From Tubiluchus corallicola (Eukaryota > Animalia > Priapulida), in assembly GCA_030141605.1 (NCBI GenBank), contig JAQGDQ010000130.1, positions 124,001 to 188,000 on the forward strand: DNA of 64,000 bases, written 5' to 3'. Below are positions 1 to 15,399 of this stretch, in pieces (the first letter of the stretch is position 1; every line of letters begins with the position of its first letter). The translations under genes were made by a program, and so were the position numbers. The notes beneath the pieces were generated by a model. The model was given only the letters and a program-made list of their open reading frames with translations, searched no databases and was not told the DNA's origin.

Positions 1-32
1 TCCCCGGTCACGTGACCATTCTGATTGCGTCA

Positions 33-333
33 GCACACCTTGTTCCCTTCCCCCCATAGTGTAAGCATCGCACTTTCTTCTCATCCTTTCTGTTCTTCTC
101 ATTCGCACAACCTTCTTCTCAGTAAAATTAACACTATAACGTTTCCTGCATACCCCTTCATACCCACTGTCATCACTTTCAATATGCGGGAATACAATTG
201 TAGGTTCCAAGGAAGTAGCCACCCGACTCGCAGTGCACCAAATTGACTGTAAATGTGGAATTTCCTATAAATATGTGCATCGAATCTTGCAGGGAATCAC
301 TGGAAAGCAAAATCTCTTCTTCACAATTCATCC
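33..333 (-). pseudogene. Copy 1 of an unrecognised ORF (MNCEEEILLSSDS...), internally deleted, frameshifted and 3'-truncated
   Basis: Aligns to 4029-4633 but lacks about 150 bp (4389-4537 equivalent). Homology stops at about position 33. ATG follows an acceptor-like ttttttacag|G. Confidence 0.55.
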
Positions 334-550
334 TGTAAAAAACATAGAAATAATGAAACAATGCTACTACATTGAAATATTAATGTTATATTATTCAAAT
401 AAGTAGCGATTTTGGCGTCTAGCGTATATCGATAAATTCTATTGCACTATTGCACAGATAGTTGATGTGGACATATTCAAATATCTACTGAGCTTTGCAT
501 TGGATGATCTCATTTGTGTAATCAATATCAAGCATCACTGCTTTTCACGT

Positions 551-552
<2 letters not shown>

Positions 553-609
<57 letters not shown>

Positions 610-620
610 ATATATATATA
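553..620. repeat. (TA)n microsatellite
   Basis: Seen directly; shorter and interrupted in the copy near 4867-4912. Confidence 0.95.
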
Positions 621-636
621 CACTAATAGATTTTAT

Positions 637-850
637 GGTAGGGTTGGTTGAGCGGCAGCATTCATCTGCTTCATGCGAGTGGTGTGAGTTCGATGCTAGC
701 TCTGGGAATTACTACATATAAACCTTGGCTAATTACCTCTCAGATAAAGCATACATGCAGGTTTAAATGTGACTGGGACACTCCTGGCGGTTGAGGACTC
801 CAGTCACGCCACAAACATCTTTTTGGGTTGGCCCTCCTCGTTTGAGTGAT
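637..850 (+). mobile_element. tRNA-derived SINE-like element
   Basis: Pol III A-box TGGTTGAGCGG (645-655) and B-box GAGTTCGATGC (686-696) at tRNA spacing, degenerate cloverleaf, non-tRNA body downstream. 3' limit uncertain. Confidence 0.6.
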
Positions 851-2441
851 TTCTGACTTGCAGAGTGCCAAAACGTATATTGTCTGCTCAGTTAAATGGA
901 ATATGCATTGCAAAGCTCAAGAGGTATTTAAATTTAATGCACATTATCTGCTCTGCATAGTAATATTAATATTAGCTGTGGAGAACTGTTCCTTTACACT
1001 ACGGGACAAAATCAGGCGTAGGCTTTAACTGAAAAGATTTCATCTCACATATCATTTTTTGGCACACATTAATTGTATATGCTACTTAGAGTATTTTAGA
1101 TTATTTATATCGTATATACATGTGTATTAATTAACAGTATTGGCAAAAAAACTATTTTAAAAATTCCTTTTCAAAAATTCGGAGGGCATTAAGATGTGTA
1201 AGGAGAGAGAACTTGACATAACTTTAACATATTTTTATATTCTTTATTTATTTTTAGCTTATTAGTTAATGACTTTGTTTCAATCAAGCTTGCTATAGTG
1301 CCAGAGCTCCTCTGTTAGCCTAGCACCACGTGGAGGTCGAGGAGGTGGACTTCTTGGCTCAGTAACAGACAGCCACAATACGTGTTTTTACAGCTACAAA
1401 GTCCAACAGCACAATTATCACAAAAGAAGAGTATAAATTAAAATGGCCTAAAACTGAAGAACTGACAGAGTTTGATAGAGTGTAAAACCTTTAGGCTACA
1501 GAGCTGGGGAAAGTAATAAGGCATGGAGCGTTAATATTCTTTAAAGGCATGCTCAAGTCGAGTTATCCAAAACTTCAACAAACGGTTTAAGCAAGTAGAA
1601 TGTCTAAAGTAGTGAAAAACTGATGCTGTCACTAAGAAATTCAAATTAGACTGGTTAGAAAACAGTTTGGAAACTAACGATTGAAAAAAATCAGGGAATT
1701 TTGTTTAATCTGGGTAGTCAAAATATAAGATATGATACAATTTGAAGAGACTTGCTATAGAAACACGAATGCAGCTTGAAGTGCCAGAAGTAAGAGTGAA
1801 AACTGTGCAGCAGACAACAACAAACATGTAATGACACCACAAACATGTTACAGAACAACTTGAAAGACCCTAAGACACTAAAGTGAATAAATAAATAAAT
1901 AAGCCTGTACAGTGTCAGGACCTAAAGTCGAAATTATAATAAGGCTAATATCTACACAAATATTGCATGCTACGTTAATAAAAAACTCATCTAACATCTA
2001 CACAAATATTGTATGCTAAGTTAGTAAAAAATTCATCTATAAACAAAGTACATGTATATGTTATCATATATATTAATATTATAGCCTTTTACTAGAATTG
2101 AAGTTCTCCAGAATGGTGCGGCTTGAATTTCTGGATCTGAAAAAGTATGAGGAGTGTTCTTTTTTGGTTAATACTAATCAACATAAAACTGATTTTAATT
2201 ATTTTATTATAAACTGTTAAAATTTATAAGCTTCAGATTATATTCAGTTGTCTGTGTCACCAATATCGTTGTTCGGTTATCCTGGAATAGCAATTAAACA
2301 TTATTGTATTATCAATATCGTGGAAAAGTGAGACAACATTAATAAATCTGCAAACAGAGCGTTTTCCAGACCTCAGTGGAATCACGATTTTTTGTGCTGA
2401 AACAAAGCAGAAACATTATTAGAAGACACATTCTTAAATAC

Positions 2442-2748
<307 letters not shown>

Positions 2749-3139
2749 AACAAGTAAACCAAAAAACTTTTTGAGCAATTGAAAGTCTAGGAGCAGAAAT
2801 GTCCCTTGTTCTTGCAGATACCTGGGACACTGGAAAATTCAAATGTTTGGGATCTCGATAGTCTTAAGAAATAACAGGCATTTGCTAGCCTTAACACTTT
2901 TTCATTTATCATCTCTAACTCATGTGGTTAAGCAATAAAAGATGTGAACTAAATAAATGATAAAATCTAATAAGCCCACTACTACTGTAAGCATATAAAG
3001 TACTATAAATCTATATATAAACTAAATAAAATATTAAACATGTATATAACTAATTAATTAATTTAAACTAAAAACTTTAAATAACTAAATAAGTAGCTCT
3101 AAAATCATTAAATATATAATTGATTAAATAGAAAATCGA

Positions 3140-3295
3140 CATCATCATCATTATCATTGGAAGTTCATTACCTCTACTGCACACACTGGACAGACAGAAT
3201 TATAATAAATTATAAAGAAATCTCTCCTCAAGACAGATAAACATAGTGTTTATCCAGCAAACAATAGTGACTAGAGATTACTTGACAGGTTTCGC
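3140..3295 (-). mobile_element. Degenerate copy of the (GAT)n-tailed retroposon family
   Basis: catcatcatc...cagacagaatt...aaagaaatctctcctcaaga resembles 50968-51173. Confidence 0.55.
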
Positions 3296-3316
3296 AATAG
3301 ACCCTTTCTTCCAAGT

Positions 3317-3648
3317 TCTTCATGTATAGTGCAACTCAGGCCTCAAACGTGCGGCCTTCGGACAGTCATAATACCCATTTGCTGATAAAGCAGTTCCTTC
3401 ATCTATCTGGCTGCACATACAATGAAGATCTAACAAGAGTCGGTCATGACAATAACAAACACTTTCCATGGGGGGGGGCGTAGTAACAACGCTTCTACAC
3501 AATGCTTCACAATGGAAGAATACTAAATTCATGATCATCTTCATGTGATGCAAGCAGGCCTCAAACGTGCGGCCTTTGGACGGTCATATCTCATTCACTG
3601 CTATATTTTTTCAGTTCTTTCTGCTATCTGGTTGCATTCACATGAAGG
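3317..3648. repeat. Diverged direct repeat, about 110 bp x2 at about 220 bp spacing
   Basis: caggcctcaaacgtgcggcctt occurs at about 3337 and about 3555 with similar flanks. Confidence 0.85.
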
Positions 3649-3866
3649 AATAAGGCACATACGAGACGAATACAAGTACAATACGAAACACCATTCAACA
3701 AATGACATTAACGCTGCACATCTCCTTTATCTTATCCAAGACAGGCTGCATTTGTGTGGCCTTCGCCCAATTCACATTCCCTGGCACAACCTTAGTTGTT
3801 ATATCGGTAACCAGTTCACTTACTTATCTGCTTGGATAAGTATAAAGAAACATTGACAATTAACAA

Positions 3867-4633
3867 TTAATGAAGAATACACTGACCAAGGCACTGTCCT
3901 ACATCTGCAATCGTTTCAACCACTTCAGTGAGAACTTCTGCAATGACCATCCTCTTCTTTCTCAAGTAACTTCTCACTCGCCTATAAGCTCTTCTAACCC
4001 TATCCCGTGGTCTTTCTCTTTGTGCTTGCACACCTTCTTCCCTTCTCTCCATAGTGTAAGCACCATACTTTCTTCTCATCCTTTCTGTTCTTCTCATTCG
4101 CACAACCTTCTTCTCAGTAAAATTAACACTATAACGTCTCCTGCAGTCCCCTTCATACCCACTGTCATCACTTTCAATATGCGGGAATACAATTGTGGTT
4201 CCAAAAACAAGAACTAACACATGGAAAAATACATCTCAATAGACAATGTTCTTCTCATTCGCACAACCTTCTTCTCAGTAAAATTAACACTATAACGTCT
4301 CCTGCAGTCCCCTTCATACCCACTGTCATCACTTTCAATATGCGGGAATACAATTGTGGTTCCAAGGAACAGCCACCCACTTGCAGTGCCTTGGCCAGAA
4401 GAAGTTTCAAACTTACCATGGTTGTCATTGTGTCTTGTGCTTCTCCTTCTCTTTTGCATTTTTATTTTTTTCTCCTTTCTTGATGTTTTTTTCTTTTGTT
4501 CTTCTTCGTCATCATCTCCGTCATATTCCACGCTGTCATCAAAATTTACTGTAAATGTGGAATTTCCTATAAATATCTGATTGGAATCTTGCTGGGAATC
4601 ACTGGAAAGCAAAATCCCTTCTTCACAATTCAT
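3867..4633 (-). pseudogene. Copy 2 of the unrecognised ORF: a 201-aa frame broken by a 161-bp duplication/insertion
   Basis: ORFs 4214..4633 and 3867..4220 share the duplicated peptide GTTIVFPHIESDDSGYEGDC. Removing 161 bp leaves 606 nt from ATG to TAA in frame. Acceptor-like ttttttacag|G precedes the ATG. Confidence 0.6.
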
Positions 4634-5458
4634 CCTGTAAAAAACAGAAGTAATGAATCAATCGTATATTAAAAATGGTGCTACAATGAAATATTAATGT
4701 TATATTATTCAAATAAGTAACCATTTTGGCGTCTAGCGTATATCCATAAATTCTATTGCACTATTGCACAGATAGTTGATGTGGACATACTCAAATATCT
4801 ACTGAGCTTTGCATTGGATGATCTCATTTGTGTAATCAATATCAAGCATCACTGCTTTTCACGTTGTATATATATATATATATAACAGTATATATAAATA
4901 TATATATATACATACTAATAGATTTTATGGTAGGGTTGGTTGAGCGGCAGCATTCATCTGCTTCATGCGAGTGGTGTGAGTTCGATGCTAGCTCTGGGAA
5001 TTACTACATATAAACCTTGGCTAATTACCTCTCAGATAAAGCATACATGCAGGTTTAATGTGACTGGGACACTCCTGGCGGTGAGGACTCCAGTCACGCC
5101 ACAAACATCTTTTTGGGTTGGCCCTCCTCGTTTGAGTGATTTCTGACTTGCAGAGTGCCAAAACGTATATTGTCTGCTCAGTTAAATGGAATATGCATTG
5201 CAAAGCTCAAGAGGTATTTAAATTTAATGCACATTATCTGCTCTGCATAGTAATATTAATATTAGCTGTGGAGAACTGTTCCTTTACACTACGGGACAAA
5301 ATCAGGCGTAGGCTTTAACTGAAAAGATTTCATCTCACATATCATTTTTTGGCACACATTAATTGTATATGCTACTTAGAGTATTTTAGATTATTTATAT
5401 CGTATATACATGTGTATTAATTAACAGTATTGGCAAAAAAACTATTTTAAAAATTCCT
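4029..5458. repeat. Segmental duplication, copy 2
   Basis: Aligns to 33-1168. Confidence 0.95.
4927..5140 (+). mobile_element. tRNA-derived SINE-like element, duplicate of 637-850
   Basis: Same A/B boxes; near-identical sequence. Confidence 0.6.
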
Positions 5459-5929
5459 TGCATTGCAAAGCTCGAGAGGTATTTAAATTTAATGCACATT
5501 ATCTGCTATGCATAGTAATGTTAACACTAGTTGTGCAGAACTGTTCTTTTATGCTATGCTACGGGACAAGGTTAGGGTTAGGCTTTACGGACAAAAACTT
5601 TATCTCATACGTCATTTTTGGTGCACATTTATTGTGTGTTGTCAATTGTAGAGTATCGTATATATTAAAACTTTATTGCTATTGTTGTACATGTACAAGT
5701 TAAATAATTAACTATACCTAGTTAAAATCAACTGAGTTAAAAACAAATACCAATACAAGCGACATTTAATACAAACATTTCAATATAAAACTAATACATC
5801 TAGCACACCCATAGTACACTACTAACGACGTCATCTCCGACGAAAAAGAGAAAATTGGAATTCAAAAATTCATGCAATGATAAAAAACAACACCTAGGAA
5901 TTTCCCCCATTGGCATTAAAAAGTACCAC

Positions 5930-7990
<2,061 letters not shown>

Positions 7991-8534
7991 GTTTGAGGAC
8001 GTTTGTAGGATTTAAGGACGCTTTGTACAACTATTATTAACAAATAAACATGCATTCCCTGATTTACCACCTTTACCAAAGCTTACGAGGAATGCGTTGA
8101 TAATCCAAGGTGTCCCATTGCGATTGATATTTGCTGTTAATTCGTTACCACGAACTCGGTTTTTATGTTTTATTATCATTCTACATATCTACAGTTCACA
8201 AAAGTCAAATTTATTAATTTTACGATGTTCATGTTATCAAAGCCGTGCAAGATAACTCCTATTAGGGCATGTCTACAGCTGTTACAGCTCTTCGGTTCGG
8301 AGAAGGTAAGGGTTAGTAGCACGTTCAGTTTCAAGTAATTATTTTTTATCAGCAGAAGAACACGCATAAATGTATTAACAGTAAAGTATCGTATAGCATC
8401 ATGACATTATATGGGCAAAATTTCTTGATGCCAGCTTCTCCGTCGTCGTTGCCACAATTGTAAAACGTGAATATCGCTAAAAATTGGCATATTAATGCGA
8501 CAGAGGCAAAAATTTAAACGGGGACATTCGTGGA

Positions 8535-9773
8535 GGGGGGGGGCAAATTATCTCGTAGGTCAATGTTTCTACAGCTTTGTGGGCGGTACTGTCTCATTTG
8601 TGAACCACGCGCAAAAACCCAAACTGTTTGTGCAAATTTGTGCATGGCAAGGATGAGAGTGTTCAACGCTCTTGCAACGTAATTTTAAGAGTTTACTTTG
8701 TCTCTAGTCTTACGCTGTTCACCTTTGACTGGTCCACGAGGGCACGCTGTCTCAAAAATTGTCAAATCTCAGAATAGCCTAAAACGCGTTATTGATACCC
8801 TGTTTATTTTTCTCAGGCTGTTTTGTATTCCTTATATAAGTTTTTACCTAGACAGTGTACTACACTCAACATTGCTATATATAATTCCTACACCAGTGGT
8901 TACTTAGTGTGGGTCAGTACTTAAAACATCACTTAAATGATAACATCTGCGTTTTACTGTAATTTTACCAGCTTAAAACGTTTCCTTTTATGCTGTGAAT
9001 GATCATTATTACCTTTACCTGAGAGAAATCTAAAAAGTGTGTCAATGTGCAAATGCGATACTTATTTTTCCTTACGCCGTTCCATACTGGTTAGCCTTAA
9101 AAAATTTATCATTGCCGTGTAGCCTAGGTTATTATATGTGGCTAATATGGTTATAATAGGATGGTGATGCATACTCGCACTAATCTTCTCATAATTAGGC
9201 AAAAATGACGCAATGTACTAGTCTAATAATCACTGCAGTCACCTATGTAGTACTGTTGTGAGTAAGTTCCGCGGTGTTGGAACCAGATAGCGATTTATTT
9301 AGCGTGGCTTTTTTGGGTGTGTCTTCTCAAACTTTCCCACATCCAACTACTGACCCACTCTCAGTAACCACTGGTGCAGGAATTTTATATAGCAATATTT
9401 CGAATAATACACTGTGCAGGGAAAAACTTACAGAAGGAATGCAAATCAGCCTGAGGACATAAACATATTTTGAGCTATTCTGTGATCGAACAGTTTTTAG
9501 GGCATTACACCCTGATGGATTGGTCACAGTTTTTTTTTATTGCTACCGGTATTCAAATTATCAGAACGGTAAACAGTATAAAATTAGAAAAAGTAAACTC
9601 TTAAAATTTACACGGCTGCAGCACCGTGCAGCCTCATCCTTGCCATGCACAAATTTTAACACACAGATTTTTGATTGAGGGTGGGCCAGTACTACGTACA
9701 AAGCTGTGCTAGGAATGTCGGTCCACCAAGCATGTATAGTTTTACAAAATGCATTGGAAAAATTTGCCCCCCG
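8535..9773. mobile_element. Non-autonomous foldback-type DNA element with about 400-bp diverged inverted arms
   Basis: Arm 8535-8920 is the reverse complement of 9347-9773, e.g. aaatttgtgcatggcaaggatgag / ctcatccttgccatgcacaaattt and ggggggcaaatt / aatttgcccccc. Confidence 0.8.
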
Positions 9774-9995
9774 GACTAACCTGTAAATTAATATGAAGTC
9801 AAAAAACTGTTAAGTTAATCATGATAGTGTTGCATAGAAATTGTTGCGTATTTAAAGGATTCATTGATTGTTTAAAAATGATTTATTTAGGAACGCTTGA
9901 GATTATTAAGACTATGACTGATGTTGGTTGCTAAAGATGTTAGCTTATGGTTTTGTTATAATCTACAATAGCAATGAAATGATAATGACAGTAAT

Positions 9996-10237
<242 letters not shown>

Positions 10238-10649
10238 ACTGATAACGAAATCATTTTTCCAATAACTTGAACGATTCGTTTTTTTAAAGTTCTGTCGATC
10301 TCCATGGATTACAAAAATGGGAAAAACCACATGTTTCTTATGATTACTGTGTTTTTCATCATATAAAAATTTAATGCACCCGGTTTTTTGTAATTTTACA
10401 ATGTTAGAAGCAACCAAGCTTTTACAAGTTTATAGTGTTCTCATAACCCTAAATTTGTGCCAGGAATATGCCAGTAGGTGAAACTGATAAATATAAAGTA
10501 CAAAACATAATACAGTTTCATACATACATATTAATACTGATGTCAACAGTTAATAAGTGTGGGTTGAGTTTGGGTTTGAATAAGCTTAGAACAACATGAA
10601 ATTCAAGGAAGCTTTGGTGGGTAAAGCGAGTATTTTTTCATCAATGTTG

Positions 10650-10725
10650 GCGACGTTCTGGTGCTATGTTACGTAAGCAGTCTCGTTCCGACGCAATTAA
10701 CACTGCATGATATCAGAGATTTCTA
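10650..10725 (+). repeat. Short dispersed repeat (partner about 15326-15395)
   Basis: tgctatgttacgtaagcagt...gcaatta.cact.catgata at both sites. Confidence 0.7.
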
Positions 10726-11323
10726 TAGCCTTTCAAGGTCTTTAATTAATGTTAAATTTAATTAACTTTTTCTGTTTACTTAATTCGTGTGTCCCAATCA
10801 TATAGTGACAACAATAAGAGAGATTTTGAAATTGAGAAGGTTTTAAGTTTATAGTAAATAATTGTGACGTAGTGTATGTTGATCCCTCTCTGTTTATTTG
10901 TAAACTGTGCTACAACAACTGATACAAATATCCCACAATAACGAATTTGTTTCATATTTTTAGTTATTAAGACACAACCTTTTAATTGTTCATTGGCAGT
11001 CATCGTTATGAAAGGAGGAATGATTTCAAATAATTCAACAACAACAACAAACGACAACTGCAGCAACAGGAACAACAACATTTTTGTTCTTACTTTAATC
11101 TTTCTTCCTGATGACGACTGCTAAAGAGTATACGAACGTCGTGTTTTTATAAAAAATATCAAAAATTGTTTGCTGTGGGATCTTTTTGATTCTGATTTTT
11201 TTTCTTGGTAGCAAATTTCATTGAAGATTACAATTGTCTGTCTATTATACTCAAAATAATCTCTCTTTTTGTGTAAGAGAGATGTTATTTGAGGCGAGTG
11301 TGTATTATTTGAAACGAGACGCA

Positions 11324-11620
11324 TGGCTCAGTGGTAGCTCAGGGGTGTCTTACCTACAGAAATTAAGATGTCTGGTCACTGGTCAGAGATTGGATGTTTG
11401 AACAGTTTCGATTCTCAGTTTGGAGGGTTTCGTTGGCCGTACTGATTTGGGCTATTCGCCTCTGCAGGTTCAGTGACTCTTCATTGAGGCCTTGATAATG
11501 AGTCGGGTGACCAGGTCCCAGGCTCGCCACGACCATCCAGTATGAGTAGGACTTCCCACTGAGCGCTGGATTTCGATTTGCATGATTCCGAATTGTATAA
11601 AAAATTATTAATAGGTTTAT
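11324..11620 (+). mobile_element. SINE-like dispersed repeat (partner about 19840-20140)
   Basis: A-box TGGCTCAGTGG at 11325. Shares tgagtaggac...gattccga.ttg.ataaaaaattatt.ata.gg with 20063-20136. Confidence 0.55.
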
Positions 11621-11807
11621 GATGATAACCGACTGTTTAGCTTTTATTTTTAGTATTTTTATGCAATTATTCTGTTGATAAATAGTTATCGCGAAATGGG
11701 GACAGCATTACAAGTTATTTACAATGGAAAAATCCATGGAAAGATGTCACTACAGCTGAATCTATTTTCAGGAATCATAAATAAGAGGAATTGCAAATAT
11801 ATAACAA

Positions 11808-11910
<103 letters not shown>

Positions 11911-11989
11911 AAGAGAAAGAGAGAGGGAAATGCATTTTAATTATAAAAAACAAGCAGCTTGAACGTACGCCGCCATGAACATGGCAGAC

Positions 11990-12410
11990 AAATGAAACCT
12001 TAGAAACGAATTTATTATTAACAGCGATGACAAGTAATTTATGTCATTTAATCGACTAAGACACTTTACAAAGTCATAAACTACAATTACTAATTTGTTA
12101 AAAAGATTACACTGTAAAAACGTACCTCAACTATTCTACCTACTGACTAAAATGAAGGAATAAAATCGGTTGCAAAAGCAAGTTGTTCAATATACACACA
12201 AATGGAAATCTCAAACGATTCGAGTTGATAAACCAACACAGCGATCAGCTCTGTACCAAAGACACGTTGTGTTTGAGCGTTGGCAGGAGGTTAGAACGTT
12301 CATAAGCAGTCGAATTCTATGACAAACCGGTGACGTACTTAGAATTATGACGAGTGTGACGAGCGCGATGGCAACAGTTCATGGCAACAAGTCAAACATT
12401 CTCTGTTGTT
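11990..12410 (+). repeat. Unclassified dispersed repeat of about 400 bp (partner about 16590-16990)
   Basis: Colinear blocks aaacgaattta, tacctca...ttctaccta and ttagaattatgacga.t.tgacgagcgcg...atggcaacaa. Confidence 0.75.
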
Positions 12411-12424
12411 GTTGCCGTCAATCG

Positions 12425-12592
12425 AAAGTGGTGCTGACAAGCCATTGGCATGGTAGTGTCTAGTTTTTTGTTGCATTACTGTTCGGTTAACCTTTCTTGA
12501 GGACAAATTTCTTTTATTTTAGAATTCTGACCGCCCAATGTCTACAGTAGATGTAACTACTGGGCATGTTATGATTATGATGATGATGTTGT
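12425..12592 (+). mobile_element. (GAT)n-tailed retroposon copy; an inverted fragment lies at about 12778-12855
   Basis: Reverse complement of 50968-51173 (aagtggt.ctgacaagcca...ttttagaattctg...gatgatgatg). Confidence 0.75.
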
Positions 12593-15399
12593 TAAGTAAG
12601 CACAGTTGTCAGATCCAAAGATGTAAAACTAAATCTCTGTAAAAAAGGAGTACCTAAAGGTAGGACAGATTTAGTGTTGATCAACGTTTTAAGTAGACAG
12701 TTAGAAATAGTATTGTACTTCCGGTGTAGTGGAATCAGGAATTATAGTAGATCGTGTTTTACGTTATACAAAGTAATCATCATCATGCCAATTACGTCTT
12801 GTAGACATAATTACGTCTTGTAGACATTTGGCAGGCAGTATTCTAAAATAAAATAATTTTTATTACACAGAGTAATATAATATTGTAAACGGACCAATGA
12901 ACAGGTGAAAATAATATTTTTAGATACGGAGAAATTTTTTTAGTTGTACGGGAGTAAATTTCGTGCAACCATAAGGGGAGCGCTGAAGGAAGTCCCAGGC
13001 CTTCCTTGATTTCGGTGATTTCGGAATAAGTGCAACAACGGTCCTCATAATTAAAAAGGGCGTACTTGTATATTATATAAGCAAATTATACGTTTTACTA
13101 AAAATTATGTGTCAATCATGAAAATACTTTTTCTCGTGTTTTAGAAATTCAAAAGAAAAATTAAGGTGACTGTCATATTTTTCTCTGCAAACATGTCTGT
13201 ATAAGCTTATATGCACATTGATGAACTTTCACAGCTACACGTGTAAAAAGAACCAATGTGACTTTATTGAGCCAACTTGTTTCCAGTTATTATTAATAAT
13301 TATTATTATTAAAGGTTAGAAAACAATTAGCCATAGAAGAAATGTTTAAATAACCGCCTGAGCCTTTTGACAATTTGTGTTCGAGGTATTGCTTATTGGA
13401 AATAAGGATGGTAGAAATTAATGTTCTTTTTGAAAGGAATAATTGTGGTAGAGCGAAAGCTGAGAGACCTGTCGATGAAACGACATGGTGAAATGTAGCA
13501 GAACCTGTCACGCTGGGAAGAGGATGGAAAAGCAATATATGTTGCGTTTTGACAGACAGTAATAATATTAGTAAGTGCGTAAGTACTGCAATAAGAAAAG
13601 AGATAAGAATAAAATCTAGAGTGGAAAAAAATTGCCTAAACTTAAAATTTTAGCATAAAAAAATCAAAATGGTTAGGCATACACATTGGTAGTAAAATTA
13701 AAAAGAAGGAATGACAGCAAAAATTGGAATAAATTGGAGAGGTTGGTACAAATATTTAGTAGAATATGTGAAGAAAAGGGACAAAATTATATGTAAATAT
13801 GTCAATGAGAGAAAAAAAAGATACGAAGCTCGCAAGAGACACGAATTCGTAATACTAGTACAAATCAGCTGCGTTTATAAAATTGTAAAAGTCGCTATAT
13901 AATACTGTGGTGCAAGCAAAAAGAAACTGATTTGTTTGGCACAAACAAGAACGGCATGTTCCTTTTCGCGATTAGGTTTGCAGTTGGGGATTATAGGTAA
14001 ATTTGTGTTGAACAGCGAACCCCCGGTTCTCAGGCTCATAGTGATCAACAGGATCACTAGAAGAGTAGTCCGTAATGATTTGTGAAAACATCAATTTGAG
14101 CTACTTACAACGATTTTCAGTTTATCAATCGGGTTCCCATTAGGAAGTGAATGCACCAGGTCTAGATCTAGATTGTCAGTAAAACTACTGTAAAACATCT
14201 AGTTGTTAGAAAAGAAAAATTCTCCTACGTATAGTGTTTTAATCAATGTGCAGGAGTTATTGCAGTATGTATAGCTTGCAGTTTTGAAATTATTTGTAAC
14301 TGTTGTGAATTAGACTGTCACCAGTCAAAAAATTTACTACTGCTGTAAAATCTTAGGTAAACTTAACTCTCACAAACTAAATCCGCTCTTATTATTACTA
14401 TGTGTCAGTGTATTGTAAGAGTGAGCTATGTGTGATAATTGTAGTGAACAGGTGTAAGGTAAATTTGTTAGGACGATATGGAAGGTAAAGCGTCGTTTAC
14501 CGGACATGCGGTATGTGTTATACGTCATCGCGTATGTCAATTATATCATCTTCAATGAATCTGTTTATCACACATGCGTTATTTTTCCTGTAACTATTCC
14601 TATTGGATTGTTTGTACCCAGCTGGATACGCCATAAGGTATAAAGCATCGAAAGCATCGCGGATATCTGTTAAACACCGCTTTAGGCTATTACCTTGGAG
14701 CAATTTATTATTATTTTTTGCAATAACACAAGGAATTCACCTTTCTTATTTGCTCTATGATGATTGTAAATTGAGATAAATAATAAGGCCTATGTTCAGG
14801 AAAACACATAGAGTACTCGGAGTTGCAACACCGAAGACAAGGCAGCAGTGAACAACAACAGTTTTGTTAAAATAGTGCCTGACATTCACTGGTGGCGTAT
14901 AAAGTTGTCTCTTGTTTATCATTAAAAGGCGTAGTAAAAATATGTACATAAATAATATTAATGCCTCCTTTTTCTCTAACGAAAATCGTTGAATTCTGAA
15001 GTGTTCTAGTTCCGTTGCAAGCAAGTTTTAGTAAAATTAACTTTACAAAGCGTAAATTTACAAAATTTTATGCTATTATTAAACACACATACTTTTCATA
15101 TAAATCTTCGCGTGCACAGTATAAATAAAGACAAAATAAAAAAATCACTAATTAAAATAATTACAAGATTCATACCTAAAAATTACAAAAATACCGACTA
15201 AAACAAGCTGAAAATTCACGTTAAATAACTGGTACAAATTGCTGCGAATCTGAGTTCGAATTACTTGGAACGCTTGAAATTCGCGTAAGCTATGACGCGT
15301 ATGGCGCGCATAACGTCATCAATGCTGACGACATTATGTTGCTATGTTACGTAAGCAGTAGCGTTCGTATGCAATTAGCACTACATGATAATAGCCTAG

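Larger units (their letters stand above)
33..1168. repeat. Segmental duplication, copy 1 (partner about 4029-5458)
   Basis: Direct alignment at an offset of about 4.3 kb. The ORF-track peptides 846..1028 and 5136..5318 are identical. Confidence 0.95.

Noticed and set aside
6-17. GGTCACGTGACC palindrome (CLEAR/E-box)
   Set aside because: At the window edge with no assignable target; may belong to an insertion.
637-707. Functional tRNA-Met gene (CAT in the anticodon-like position)
   Set aside because: Acceptor and anticodon stems pair poorly and no T-run terminator follows; better read as a SINE head.
1300-1900. Purine-rich coding-like stretch, possibly a LINE ORF1 remnant
   Set aside because: Many stops and no motif I can name with confidence.
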